Source of the DNA: Oculina patagonica
Lineage: Eukaryota
Length of the DNA: 64,000 bases
Direction of reading: 5' to 3'
NCBI RefSeq assembly: GCF_052425735.1
Contig: NC_135761.1
Coordinates: forward strand, 43,958,001-44,022,000
Part shown: one piece after another, positions 25,201 through 37,800 of the stretch
Layout of the letters: each line of letters opens with the position of its first letter
Numbering within the stretch: position 1 is the first letter of the stretch
The notes under the pieces: generated by a model
The model's database searches: none
What the model saw: only the letters and a program-made list of their open reading frames with translations
Told to the model about the DNA's origin: nothing
Translations under genes and position numbers: made by a program

Positions 25201-28200
25201 TTTTGCCAAAAATAGCGTAGCGTATGAGCATATAAAAATGATATTGTATTGTATTGCCATGCCGACTTCAAAAATCGTGGATAAATAGTTGACAGATCAA
25301 AATTTGTGCAAGGGATGAATGAACAGCTACCGAAAATCTAAGCATCTTAGAGTAAATCCTCTTTTCAAAATAACGAAGAAACCTGAAAGAGGTTATGGCA
25401 CTCCACCCCCCCCCCCCCCCCCCCCTTCGCTGTACGTCCTTAAAATGTGGCGACACCGCTCTTTTAACGGGCTCTAAAGTTGGCAAGTGGATTTAAAATC
25501 AATTTTTCCAATTAACGTTCTAAGACCAGTTTGCACTTCGAGAGCCTTATGATGTACCGCATTTCTACCGTTATGCAAATAGAAAGTAATATAAAGCATC
25601 ATGGCTGCTGGTGTAAATATGTGAAGTTTGATTTCTCTGTTGTATATTTCAGCTCTGGTACATTTGGAATGTATTACCTCGATGAGAAGAAAGGAAATAC
25701 GGGGTTGATGGGGAGATACTTTTGGAGGATCGAAAACAGCGATGGGAGAGGAGCACTAGAAAAGTGCTATACATGGGCTGTTCTTAATCAATTCGCCAAC
25801 TTTCGTTACTGGTATTACCGCCTCATGAAATCGGATTCGCAGATGGCGTGCCCTTGCACTGCCAGGCAGGCATGGTTGGATAGAGGGAGATTCTCGTGGA
25901 ACTGGCGGTATTCCTGGCCTGAAAGGTGCTTTGAATCCAGGCGTTCCAAGTTGATATATCATCCGTCCACGGGATTAGTAGGTCTACGGTTGAAACAGGA
26001 GTGTTGCTACTCCACGCAGTGGCAAGACTGGGGTTCTCTCAAGATTGGTCCACCTGACGGTGGTCACGTGAAAGTGACAGCTTTCTTTTACTGGTTCAAC
26101 CGCGTGATAACGTTCTACACGGACGAGCAGGCCTATAAATATTGCTGTGTTGACATACCTTGGTGCAATCTGTTTTACTTTTATCGACCATCTGATGACT
26201 GCTCGCTTTACATACCTCCACCAAGACGTAAGTTTTACTGAAAATTGCCGTATGTCGTCATGTCATGTCACGTAATGCCAAATCACTTAACATAACGTCA
26301 TACCCTACGGTTCGTTTGTTGGTTCAATGATGCTTAATCTAAGTCGCACAACCCTATAAAAGAAGTTAGGCCCGTGAAGCAATTTGGAAGATAGGCCTTC
26401 CGCAGACTAAACAGTTAGTTATCGATGACTAAGAAACTTTGTGTGTGAGGTGAGTTGTCGACAACTTAACGTTAAATTTGAAGTTGTCGACAGCTAAGCA
26501 GTTTCCGTGTATGGAAAGGAAACTTCTTAGTTTTTGACCACTATTAGCTGTCCAGAACTACGCATTTTAACGTTTTTCCAGTGTGTGGGAATGTTTGGCC
26601 ATAGTTGTCAACAACTATCGTAACTGCGTTGTCACTGGCCAGTGGTTGGAGCATGCGATGTAAATGTTCGCTCCCAAGCTCTCGCAATCCTGACTTAGTT
26701 ATCGAAAACTTTTACTCCAATGTGTGGAATGCTTGCAACGGACAAAATAAGTTGCCAATGACATTCAGTTTTCCATAACAAATAGTTTTTCGACAACAAA
26801 GTAACTACTTTAGTGACCTTGTTGGTATCTATTCAGCATTTCCGTCACTTTTTTAAAACAGCTTGAAGGCCCGTTTACACTGGCGATTTTTGTCGCGCAA
26901 CTCAATGCAATTTTTGTCGCGCCAAAGTTGCATCGAGTTTCGAACAGGTTCGAAACTCCTGCGACTTGTGGCGATTTTATCGCCGGTAGTTTTGACGTAT
27001 GCAAACCCGCAGCGATTTCATGGCGATTTTATCGCCGCGATATCTTGCAACTACCGCGCGAGAAAAATTGCATTGAGTTGCGCGACAAAAATCGCCAGTG
27101 TTAACGGGCCTTAACAGTCGAGCTTAGTGAAAACTGTACATGTAAAAGCAAAAGTGCTCTCCTCCCTTTTGCGTTTTCCTGAGTTACGTTACAGAAATTC
27201 ATTTTCAAAGTTTTACATTTCCTTTGTATATACAGCTTGGATCTGGGGTGATCCTCATATCAAGACACTGGATGGAGGGAATTACACGTTCAATGGACTG
27301 GGCGAATATGTCATGATTGATGCTCAAAATGGAGCATTCCAGCTACAGGCCAGAACAAAACTTGCTCAGGGAAATTCAACAGTCGCCACTATATTTTCGG
27401 CCGGAGCTGCCAAAGAAGAAAATACGAGCACCATTGAAGCCCGAGTCAAGGAAGGAGGTGAGGAGTACATTTAAAATAAATACTATCTTATTATAGGAAA
27501 TTAACGATACATGTTATAACTCGAATCTCAAAAATTCGCGTTAATTTTATTTATGTAAACATATTTACTATAAACATCTAACTAGAGCTTTTCTTAAATT
27601 CGCGTTAATTTTATTACGCGTTAATTTTGTTCGCGTTGTTAAAATGCTTCGTTACTTCTGTTTTGCTCCACGACTTTTTGCTCAACGAGCCCCACAAACC
27701 CCTTTACTTTGATATATGAAAAAGGTGGATGGATGGAATAAAGGTTCTGATGCAAAGGTAGTTCCTTTAAAAGAGACGCATACCCAAAAATAACAGTAGG
27801 AGTAATATTTAATGGCCGAGACCTTATTAAATGTGAAAAAGAGAAAAAGAAAATGCAAAGTCAGTGCATTTTGATGACGTTCTTTGTTTTTTCTAATTTT
27901 TTTTTCCTGGAGAAATTTTAATAATATTTCCTAATTGATTAATACGCAAATGTAGGTTCAAGTTTTTAATTTTTTTTTTATTTATGCTGTGATAAGGTGG
28001 ACTCGTTGTTCGGATAAACCAGAAAATCTACAATGGCTACAAAAATCTCACAAACCGAACTGTAGAAGTTGAGAGAAATCTCTATGTCTCAAAACCAGAA
28101 GAAAACTGTCTACAAGTTTCTTTCCCGTCAACCATGTCGGTGACCTTCTGCGAGAAAAATGGAATGCTGTCGATCGTCGTAAACCCCGCAGAGGTTTACA

Positions 28201-28755
28201 AGAACGCCACCAAAGGATTGATGGGAACTATGAACGGTAACCCGGATGACGACTTCACATTGCCTGATGAGTCAGTTTTACCATTATCTTCAACATTACG
28301 GGAGATTCACTTCGGGTTTGGTGTAAAGTGTAAGTACATTAGCATAAGTAGATTATCTTTATTGGAAGTTTTCTATCATAGGATAGTCGTTCCCCTTTAT
28401 TAAATTGTTCAAGATAGAGTTTGTTAAAAGACTGGCATTTTACGAACTCCAAAAAGGTAGGGGCACTCTCAAAGTAGTGATCTTAAACGTAGGCTGTCTT
28501 TTTCTTTTGCAACACTTAAAATAAAAGATCGACAAGACAACATTAACATGTGGTTTAATATAGACGAGCCTTTGGGTTGATTCATTTCTGTCCAACAAGG
28601 AACAAATATTAAGATTAAATTAGTTTAAGATCTAAATTAGCAATATAGATTTTTATCTCATTTTATATAAATGAATTTTTTGCTAGTTTCTATATTGTAA
28701 GCGCTTAAGTTTTACTTTGTAACTTTTGATATGCATTTTTATCAAATGATTTTTA

Positions 28756-28816
<61 letters not shown>

Positions 28817-31800
28817 AGACGTCTGGAGTTTCGTTTCAGGGAAGCTCGTGTGCCCTTGTAAAAAGCAATAGCTCTTCTAGAACATTCAACTCCCCTGTAG
28901 ATCTACGCTGAATGGATGCAATGTCACCTGTTTTGATGACATATATTTCTCTGTGCTAATTTCGTTGATTTTCTTTCAGGGCAAATCAACCAATCCCAGT
29001 CACTGTTTACTTACGCCGCCAATGAGAGCGTGGACACGTTTGCCGACCCTGATTTCGAGCCCATGTTTGCTGATAACATCACGTGGCATAACAACAGTTT
29101 AAGAGACGAAGCTCGAAGGCAGTGTGGAGATGACCACGAGTGCCTGTTCGACGTAGCTTCCACCAACGACCTGTCTGTTGGCTTGGCAACAAAAGACATA
29201 AGCGTTCAATTGGTCAACGAATCGAACGAACTTAGTAAGTCACGTGAAATACTAGACTAGATACAGTCGAAGCTCTCATAAGCGGACACCCTCGGGACGC
29301 GAAAAAAGTGTCCGCAACTGGAGCTGGCCGCTTACGAGAATGGTTCTTGTAAGCGGCCACTAGAGGTGTAGGGGACAGATCGGCCGCTTACGGGAGCTTG
29401 CCCAGCTAACATAATGGCAATATGAATATGCATGTTAGTGGTGTTTCGAAATGTAACCGGACGTGGATGACGACAAAACAAACACTGAAATATGGGACTG
29501 TTATTACAGTAAAATCATTGTGACGAACGGCGTTGTGAAGTTGATTGATTAATACAAGATACAGAGGTTTTTTATATGATTTTCTTTGCGGTGTCCGCTT
29601 ACGGGAGCTTAAAAACAAAAAAAAAAGGCTAAGTCGTAATCTCGCAAAGTGTCCGCGGTCGCTTAGGGGAATGTCCGCTTACGAGAATGTAAAAATACAG
29701 AGTTTGTTTTTGAGTAAAAACGGCGTTTTCTAATTAACAAGGTGGCCGTAAGTAGAGCTGTCCGCTAACTAGAGTGTCCGTTAAGAGAGCTTAGACTGTA
29801 TTATAAACAGCTGCAAAGAGAGAAATCAGAAAACTTTCAGATTATTAAGCTGTGAAAACGGAGTGTTTTTTGTTCGAGTTATAGCTTCGTGGCGTGTTTT
29901 TTAATTGAGTTATAACGAAAATAAATTTAAAACATTATAGTAATTAGTATGCAAGCACCATTTTTGCAATAAGTAAAAGAGCTTCTACTCTCAATATCAT
30001 TCTCATTCACTTAAAAGCTCTTTAGATATCACTTGCCAATAATGCTGTTTACCCAGGACATCAGAATTTTCTAAATTCCTTATCTCTGAAAGGAAGCGCC
30101 AAATTAAATGGAGGTTTTTGTGTTTTTTTTTTTCTTTTTCTGCGGTCTACATGTGGACATATAGAATATGTGTAACGGACACCTTTTTGGTTTAACAGTT
30201 CTAGAATTTTAGTGACGTCAAACCAGTTGTAATGATACAAGAAAATGCGTGCGCCTGCCAGAAACAGGTCAGACTTGCTAAGCAGCATAGACCTGATTTT
30301 AAGCTTTCATTTTATATATTTGTCTGGTAAGTTAGATAATTACGTTATTGCCATACGCTTACGTTGTATATTGCATTCACAGACAACTTCCCACCCAAGA
30401 TAGTAACCGCTTCAAATGTAATAAATGCCACACTTTATGAAACAGTTGAGCTGAATATCACCGCTGTGGATAACGATACGATTACGTTTCGTGTGATGAA
30501 CAAGCCTGTAGGAGCCACATGGAACCAAAGTGGAAACCTACTTTCCTTTATTTGGAATGTTACCTCATCACAAAAGGTAGGCTGTACTATGACGCTTTGG
30601 GAGAAACACAAAAAAAGTCGATTATGCGAGTCATAATAGAACATATTGAATGGTAACTGCTAAGGTGTGTTACACGAAACAACTTGCAACAACGATTTTA
30701 ATAATATGAAATGAATATATAAAATTTAGATATTTGTACTGCGATGATCCTTCATTTGCTTAAAAGCAAATGAAGGATCATCGCAGTAATGTACTCAACT
30801 TAAGCAGTTGAGAAAAGCAAGGCTAAAAAAAATCAGGCTTGAACGGGAATCGAACCCATGACCTCTGCAATACTAGTGCAGCGCTCTAACCAACTTAGCT
30901 ATCAAGCCAACTGGGAGCTGGTCGCGCGAAAAATCGTTCACCGTGTAACATGGTACCGGGGACGATTTTTTCGCGCAACTTTTGACTCGTTAACATGTTG
31001 CGAGTTTTTGAAACCAAGTCAAAAACTTGCAACCCAAGATGACGAATATTTAGAAAGTTGACTCGTGTAACAGGGTCGCCGTCGTTTTTTCGACCTTTCC
31101 AGAATTTTTTTTCAACATAGCTTGAACGCGCGCGCGAATTGTTGTGAGTTGGCCGGCGTTGCGCTGAAAATCGTCTTGTGTAACATGCATGTTGCCAAGT
31201 ACATTTTGTACAATGTTGCGCGAAAAGTTGACTCGTTTAACATACCACGAAAAGTTCACGTTGTGTTGCGCGAAAAATCGTTGTTGCAAGTTGTCTGGTG
31301 AAACATCACCTTTAAGAACGGGCAAAACTGAGACAAAATGATGGATAAAGTGTGTCACTCACAAACAACTTTTCTTACAGCATGTGTACTCATGCCTGCC
31401 TCCTTACTTATCCTTCAACAAATCCCCGATAATCAACTTGAAAGGACAGACCTATCACGCACCGCACATACGCTGCCAGACTCTCATATCGTTCCACTTT
31501 CCCCAGATTTTCCTCATTAATTACTTCTATCCAGGGCAACATCAGTTCCGTGAGTAGCAGCAGCCATACCCGGTCTCAGCACATATATAGCCACCTCCAC
31601 CTGGAGGATCTTATTAACCCTCACACGTCACTTCTGCTAACTAGCTACTCTGACTCTTGTGGTTTCTTCCTCATGGGTCTCTCCCGTGCAGTAACAAACT
31701 GGACCACACCCCGACTGCCCGGCATCCAAAAAGGAAACAGGATGTGAAAGCGGTTTCTGTAGACACCTTTTTGATATATTGACGTATTTGATTGATATTG

Positions 31801-34800
31801 ATTGGCAGATTCGCATGCGCAACTTGCAAAAAGTTCAATTTTTTGGAAAAAATAAAATGGCCTGCGCGGAATCCCTCAAGTTCAGGTTATGGTTTCTTTT
31901 TGGCGAAAGAAAATGTCTTGAGTGGCTAACTGGCCACGTGAAAAGTCACTAAGAATTGCAGTAACCTTTTCCTTTTATTGTAGTTCAATTTGACATTCGT
32001 CGCTACTGACGACAAAGGCGCAAGTGCCACCTGGAGTCCAACTATTAACATGTGCGCCTGCAACCACGGTGGTCAGTGTGTGCCACCAGAAGAAGGCGAC
32101 ATAGTCAACACTGACAGCAGGTTTGTATACATGGGCTGCGCATGTCAGGGAGGATACACAGGAAGGTTCTGTGACAGTGACATTGATGCCTGCGAGATGA
32201 ACGGTCAGCCGTGCTATACAGGGGTTACATGCATTGATCTTCCACCGCCAGCCAATGCTAGCGGATATGTATGTGGACCTTGTCCATCCGGATATACAGG
32301 AAATGGCGCTCAGTGTGTAGGTGAGTTTACATGAGCACATATTTAATAATATCTGGATTAGGCTGATCAAGCACGAAACTACTAACAACAAGCAGTTTAC
32401 TAAGGAAATAAATATAAAAAAAATGGTAATTCCTAGATTAATGATCTATAGACAGTTATGTTTAACAAGTCGACCTCCGTAGAAATGTCGTCATAAGATG
32501 TTCAAAGTGAAATCACGAGCCGTTAGGCGAGTGGTACATTTCGTAGTAAATTTTCCCGCTGCCTTCTTACAATGGGCTAAATAACGTCTTTTGGAAGACT
32601 CGCATCAAGTTGTCAAGTTTTCCGAAGTTTGCCCTGCGCTGCGTTACTGGTTACGTCGTTTCCATGGCTGTACTCTCATCGACCATAACTTTCGACCAAT
32701 GAGCGGGCAAGAATTTTCTCAGTTATGATATAAATGACAGTGATTTCAAAGGAAAAATGATTGACAATTTTCTCCAACTCTCTTCTTGCCTTGTTATATC
32801 TTCTGTTTATAAATTATGGCATGCTTTCGTTTTTGATTCTTTTAATTTTTTTCTTTTACATTTACTCTCTCAGACGTTGATGAATGTCAAAATAAGTCAA
32901 TGAACAACTGTGAACAACTCTGTATTAACCTGCCGGGATCTTTCTTCTGTGATTGTCACAACGGATTCAAACTGAATGCTGATGGCCATAGCTGTGACGG
33001 TATGACATGTGTTGTATTGGATTTGTATTGCCTTGTACACTGCTTATGTGTGATGTTCTTAACCACGGACGTAGAGGTGAGGTTTTTTGGTATCAATCTC
33101 CTTTATTTTCGGACTTTCTACGAAAATGGTGAAATCCAAACTGGCGGATTCAAGATGGCGGCTCTAATGACACCATATAACATTACAGCCAACAAAAATA
33201 ATGTCATCTTGTAAAGTATGTAAAAGAGATTTATACTCAGTGCAAAATAATTTATCTGCGCATTAATTGAATGAAAACATTGCTTGTACGTTCGAAGGTT
33301 AAATCGCTCTATCACCGGTCTTATTATTTGTTTTGAATCTCAGAAGATTGTTAATAGTTGATCCGACATTATTCATGTTCCATTTGTGCGTATTCATTTG
33401 AAACTCACGACAACTTGTCTTGCCAAAAATAAGCCGATAGCAATGGTGAATTCAAAGGTGCTCAATGAGGGTGGATAGAAGTGAGGATAGCCGCTATTTT
33501 GCTGGAAAAAAAGGGAGAAACAGCGAAGACGGCCCCTTTCTTGTTCTTGTAAAGGAATCACCCAGAGCTCCTCTCCTAGATCATACATTGCACATAAGCC
33601 TTCATGTTGCAGTCAAACTGACACCAATGGATTTTTTTCAATTCAGTGAAGAACTTTGAAAGGACTTTACACGCTCTGAAAACTAAACATGGAATAATAT
33701 ATATTTTTTTGCCTATAGATATCAACGAATGCCTGCCGTCAAATGACTGCATGCAGAAGTGTACCAACACGGTAGGAAGCTACAACTGTTCATGTGACAA
33801 GTTTTTCGAACCCGATCCTGCTGACTGGAAAAAGTGTGTAGGTAGGTTTTTCATGGTAAAGTCTGCATACAAGCTTAGGGGTCCATACAGGCCGGAGTTT
33901 ATCCCGGTTTCCACGGCATGAAGCGAATTGGAGTATTTATACTCCCCTGAATGGTATGCTAGTTCATCGTTGCCCCCCCCCCCCCCCCCCTTCCCTTCCC
34001 ACACACAGCATTAAATTCGCCGGTGCCCATTTATAAACCTGGGTGAAGAGAGACACTATGAGAGTAAAATGTTTTGCACAGCGCAGTGCCACGGACTAGA
34101 TATCTAGCAGCTATTAGGCTACCGCGCCTCCCACGGGTCTTTCATATCTGTGGTTAATTGTTACCTTTTTTACAGTAAGTAACATCATGATGGAGAAAAT
34201 TAAAATAACTTTTGGAATATTTATAGGTTATGCGTAACATTTCTCTGTGATCTTTATCATAGCTGTTATGTAAGAGCCCCTCCCAGCGGTTTCAAGGAAA
34301 AGGGAACATGGCCATAAAATAATAGGGAACAAGGGAACAAAAGGAAAATAAAGAGCTCTGAAAACATGGAAAACAAGCCGCTTCTTCTGATATTTTATGG
34401 AACAGGGACAACGAAAGTCGACAAAATACTTTCAGGGAACAAGGGAACACAAGATTACAGTTAAACTGTTCGCTTCTCGGAACAGATATTGTCCGAGGAC
34501 AAACATCAGACAGTGCATATTTTCGGTTTCTATAAAATGTTACCTAGTTGTATTCTCTATTGTCTAAATAAGATTTTTTTGATATACCCGAGTTTAATTA
34601 ACCAACTAGAGTCATTACAAAAGAAAGTTACCGGTCTAGCGTTATACCAATTTTGCTTACGAATGGCCCTTCTTTACAGCCACAAACCCTTGTTCTGCTG
34701 ATCATGGCTGTGGACAGGTTTGCTTCAAAGTAAGCAATAACCAAGCAAATTGCACCTGCATTGCTAATTACGAGCTGCAGAATGATGGAAAGACTTGCAA

Positions 34801-37800
34801 AGGTACTTCATAACTTAATTTTGTACTGAATAATATAGTTTGTAAAATGGATGAGTTAACATTTTGTGTTAGGACCTGTTGAGGTACGGTTGACTTACCG
34901 CTCAAGAAGAGAGTTGCCCGGCTTCTGAGCATATTCCCTGCTATTTTCGTGCTTTGTAACTTTTCGCAGCGTCGTAACTCAATTAGGCTCGATTCCCGCC
35001 GCTCTCTTGAGTCCGGTCTTTGCTCCTCCCGGAGAAGAAGTCTCCGAACTTAATTTTTACGACAATAGCAGATGTCAGAATATGCTAAAACAATTATTCT
35101 ATTCGCGTTTGTTTCGCTACGCGCTCGTTGATTATTTTATCACTTTACATCCTTCGCGTGCCCATGCGATAAGCACTAATTAACAATCTTATTTTCTCGT
35201 TTCATTTTCTAAGACATCGATGAATGCGATCCAGCTAATCCTCTCCATCGCTGCAGCCAGATTTGTATAAATACCCCCGGAAGTTACAACTGTTCCTGTC
35301 AGAAAGGATTCGAACTGAGCCAAGATGGTTACGAATGTGAAGGTATCTGCCGTTTTATCATTTAATATTGTTTCACGATTTACTGTTAAATGGGTAGTGT
35401 CACATTACGTTTTTATTTTATTTTACGTTTTTTTTATGCAAACTATTCTAAAGTCACTAGGATGCACTCACTTACCACCAAAATATCCTTGGAACAACAA
35501 AAGAAATAAATAAATAAAATTGTTCAATTTGTGAATAAACTGTTATCAGTAGTTTTCAATTTCTTCCAACTAACAATGTCAAAATTGCAAACTCCACAGT
35601 TAGTGAGTTTTCAATAAACACCAACGCTTTAAATGAATTTTCGAGTAGCACTAACTTGGTGACATTGCCCATTTAAATATGGAAACAAAACGACAGTACA
35701 TGTTTAGCTTGGTAGATAAATTAGCAAGATCTGTCAGTGACACATGTACATGCTAGTCTGAAACTAAAAAAAAAATTCAAGCGCTCTCAATAGGAGAATT
35801 TATTTACCAGCATTTAAATACTGTAGTTTATAAAGTGACTCAAGATCAGTAAAACATAGCCAACTGGTCCCAAACCAAATTCCTCTATCATCTTGAAAGT
35901 TTCGTAAGAGTTTATGTTATTTTTAATCTATTTTTGAATTTTAAAGACGGCAGTGAATCGATGGACGTAAAGAAGAAAGCCACGTCATGTTGATTGTTTT
36001 ATTTATTTAACTAGATGTCAATGAATGTCTGGATGAAGACTTGTTCAGCTGTACGGATGAGTTCCACAGGTGTGTCAACACTCGCGGCTCGTACAAGTGT
36101 GAATGTGAACAAGGCCTTTACTTTATCGATGGGAAATGCAAAGGTAATAAGAAAAAGATTAGATAGATCTGAATTAGCAGTTTGACTACGAATCATCGAT
36201 GAGCGAATAGTCGGCGAGGCGCAGCAGAGTTGACTATCGCTCATAGAAAACGAGGGATAGCGGCCTTACTGTTATACTACACACTCTAAATGACTGCAAT
36301 TCAAAACCCTCAATACACCTAATTGCAATAACGTTGTCATAGAAAAAAGGGAAAAGTCAAATGGGAATTTATTAAGCCCATGCATGAAATTTATTCATAC
36401 AAATGGCCTCAAATTTATCTCGTTACAGCATAAAAAAAGTGGTCTCAAAGTGTGCAGATAAAAACTCGTGAGTTTTATGTGAATGCTTCCAGTTATGATA
36501 CTACGCTAAGTAATTCCTATTTACCTCTTTTCTTTTTTATATGACAACTTTATTGCAATTAGGGGTATATAGTTTTAGTTTGGAAATCGATAATATTCTA
36601 CATTATAAAATATTTTCTTATCCCCTCGATGATGCCGCAAATAGGCAAAAGCTTGGAATTAAAATAATTATCAAGATACATACAGGCCTCACTCGAATCA
36701 CTGAACTATATAAAGCAAGACGCTACTGAAAGACAACTGGTGACCAACTACTAAATTTAAACTCCAAATTCTTATTTAAAAATCACATTAAATCTTCAAT
36801 ATTCCTTATGTCTCTAAATTTCACTTATCCCTTGAGAAGAAAATCTCCTCCCAAAGATCACCAAAAAATCTACACCCCAAAACAGAGACTCGTGTGATGA
36901 GCAGTGAGTTTTTCAATTGCTTAAAACGCGTAGGATATTTGCATTAGATTCAAGTTAAGCGGTGGATAAACGGCCTTCAGGTGTTTCCTCCACCTTAACG
37001 TCAGGTTACATCTTTGATATTGGACATCCATGTTATGGTCAATTGACAGCTGTCAAAATATGATATTTGTTGACCAGTATCACATCATATCGCGGGCTCA
37101 AGTGTAGAGCTCATTGAGGTCACGTATTCAGCCCGGCACAGTTATCAGATTTGATAACCACGGCCAAAACAAACCATTAGCCAATCAACCCCCAAGTTTG
37201 AGCTCATGTGACATGTTATCATGGCAACAGTTCTCATTTTAATATGGCGGCCATTTCAAGAAAGCTTGTTTATACGGCTCTCAGTTAAATGCGATTCAAA
37301 TTGTACACTAAATTAAAGATAAAAAAGTCTAGATTTGAATTTCCTCTTGGCCGCATGCATTTACGTTTAAATTCTTGTCGAAAATAACAGACAAAGCATA
37401 TTTAGATTAGGTCATCGAACGCGCGCGGTCTTAGATCTTAGGTCTTAGGTTTCCGGACATCCGGATTTTTTTAGCTTTTATTGTATTCCCCTTGTTTGTA
37501 AAATAGTAGTTCTACAAATTGGTTGAGACTTTTGAATTTGTCCAAGTGTACTGGTACACCAATATAACCGTGAATGCCTTTATTTGAAGCAATTTCATCA
37601 CCAACGCTGCTAATATTTATTAACTAAGACAAGAACGAAACCGATACAAAGGTAGAGAAATAAAAGATGCGTTGTTTATTGAGTTCATACTCAGAATTTC
37701 TTCGTCTCAGTGCCTTCGGCGGTCAGCTTGCTTCGATGATCTGTTGAATAAAGAAATATTTGGTTTAATAAGCGTGACAAGATGAAAGAGAAAAATATAC

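Noticed and set aside
30835-30907. Functional tRNA gene
   Set aside because: Embedded in a longer repeat with a non-tRNA tail and a poorly formed cloverleaf; SINE-like. The same applies to the copies at 41.4, 44.8 and 47.9 kb
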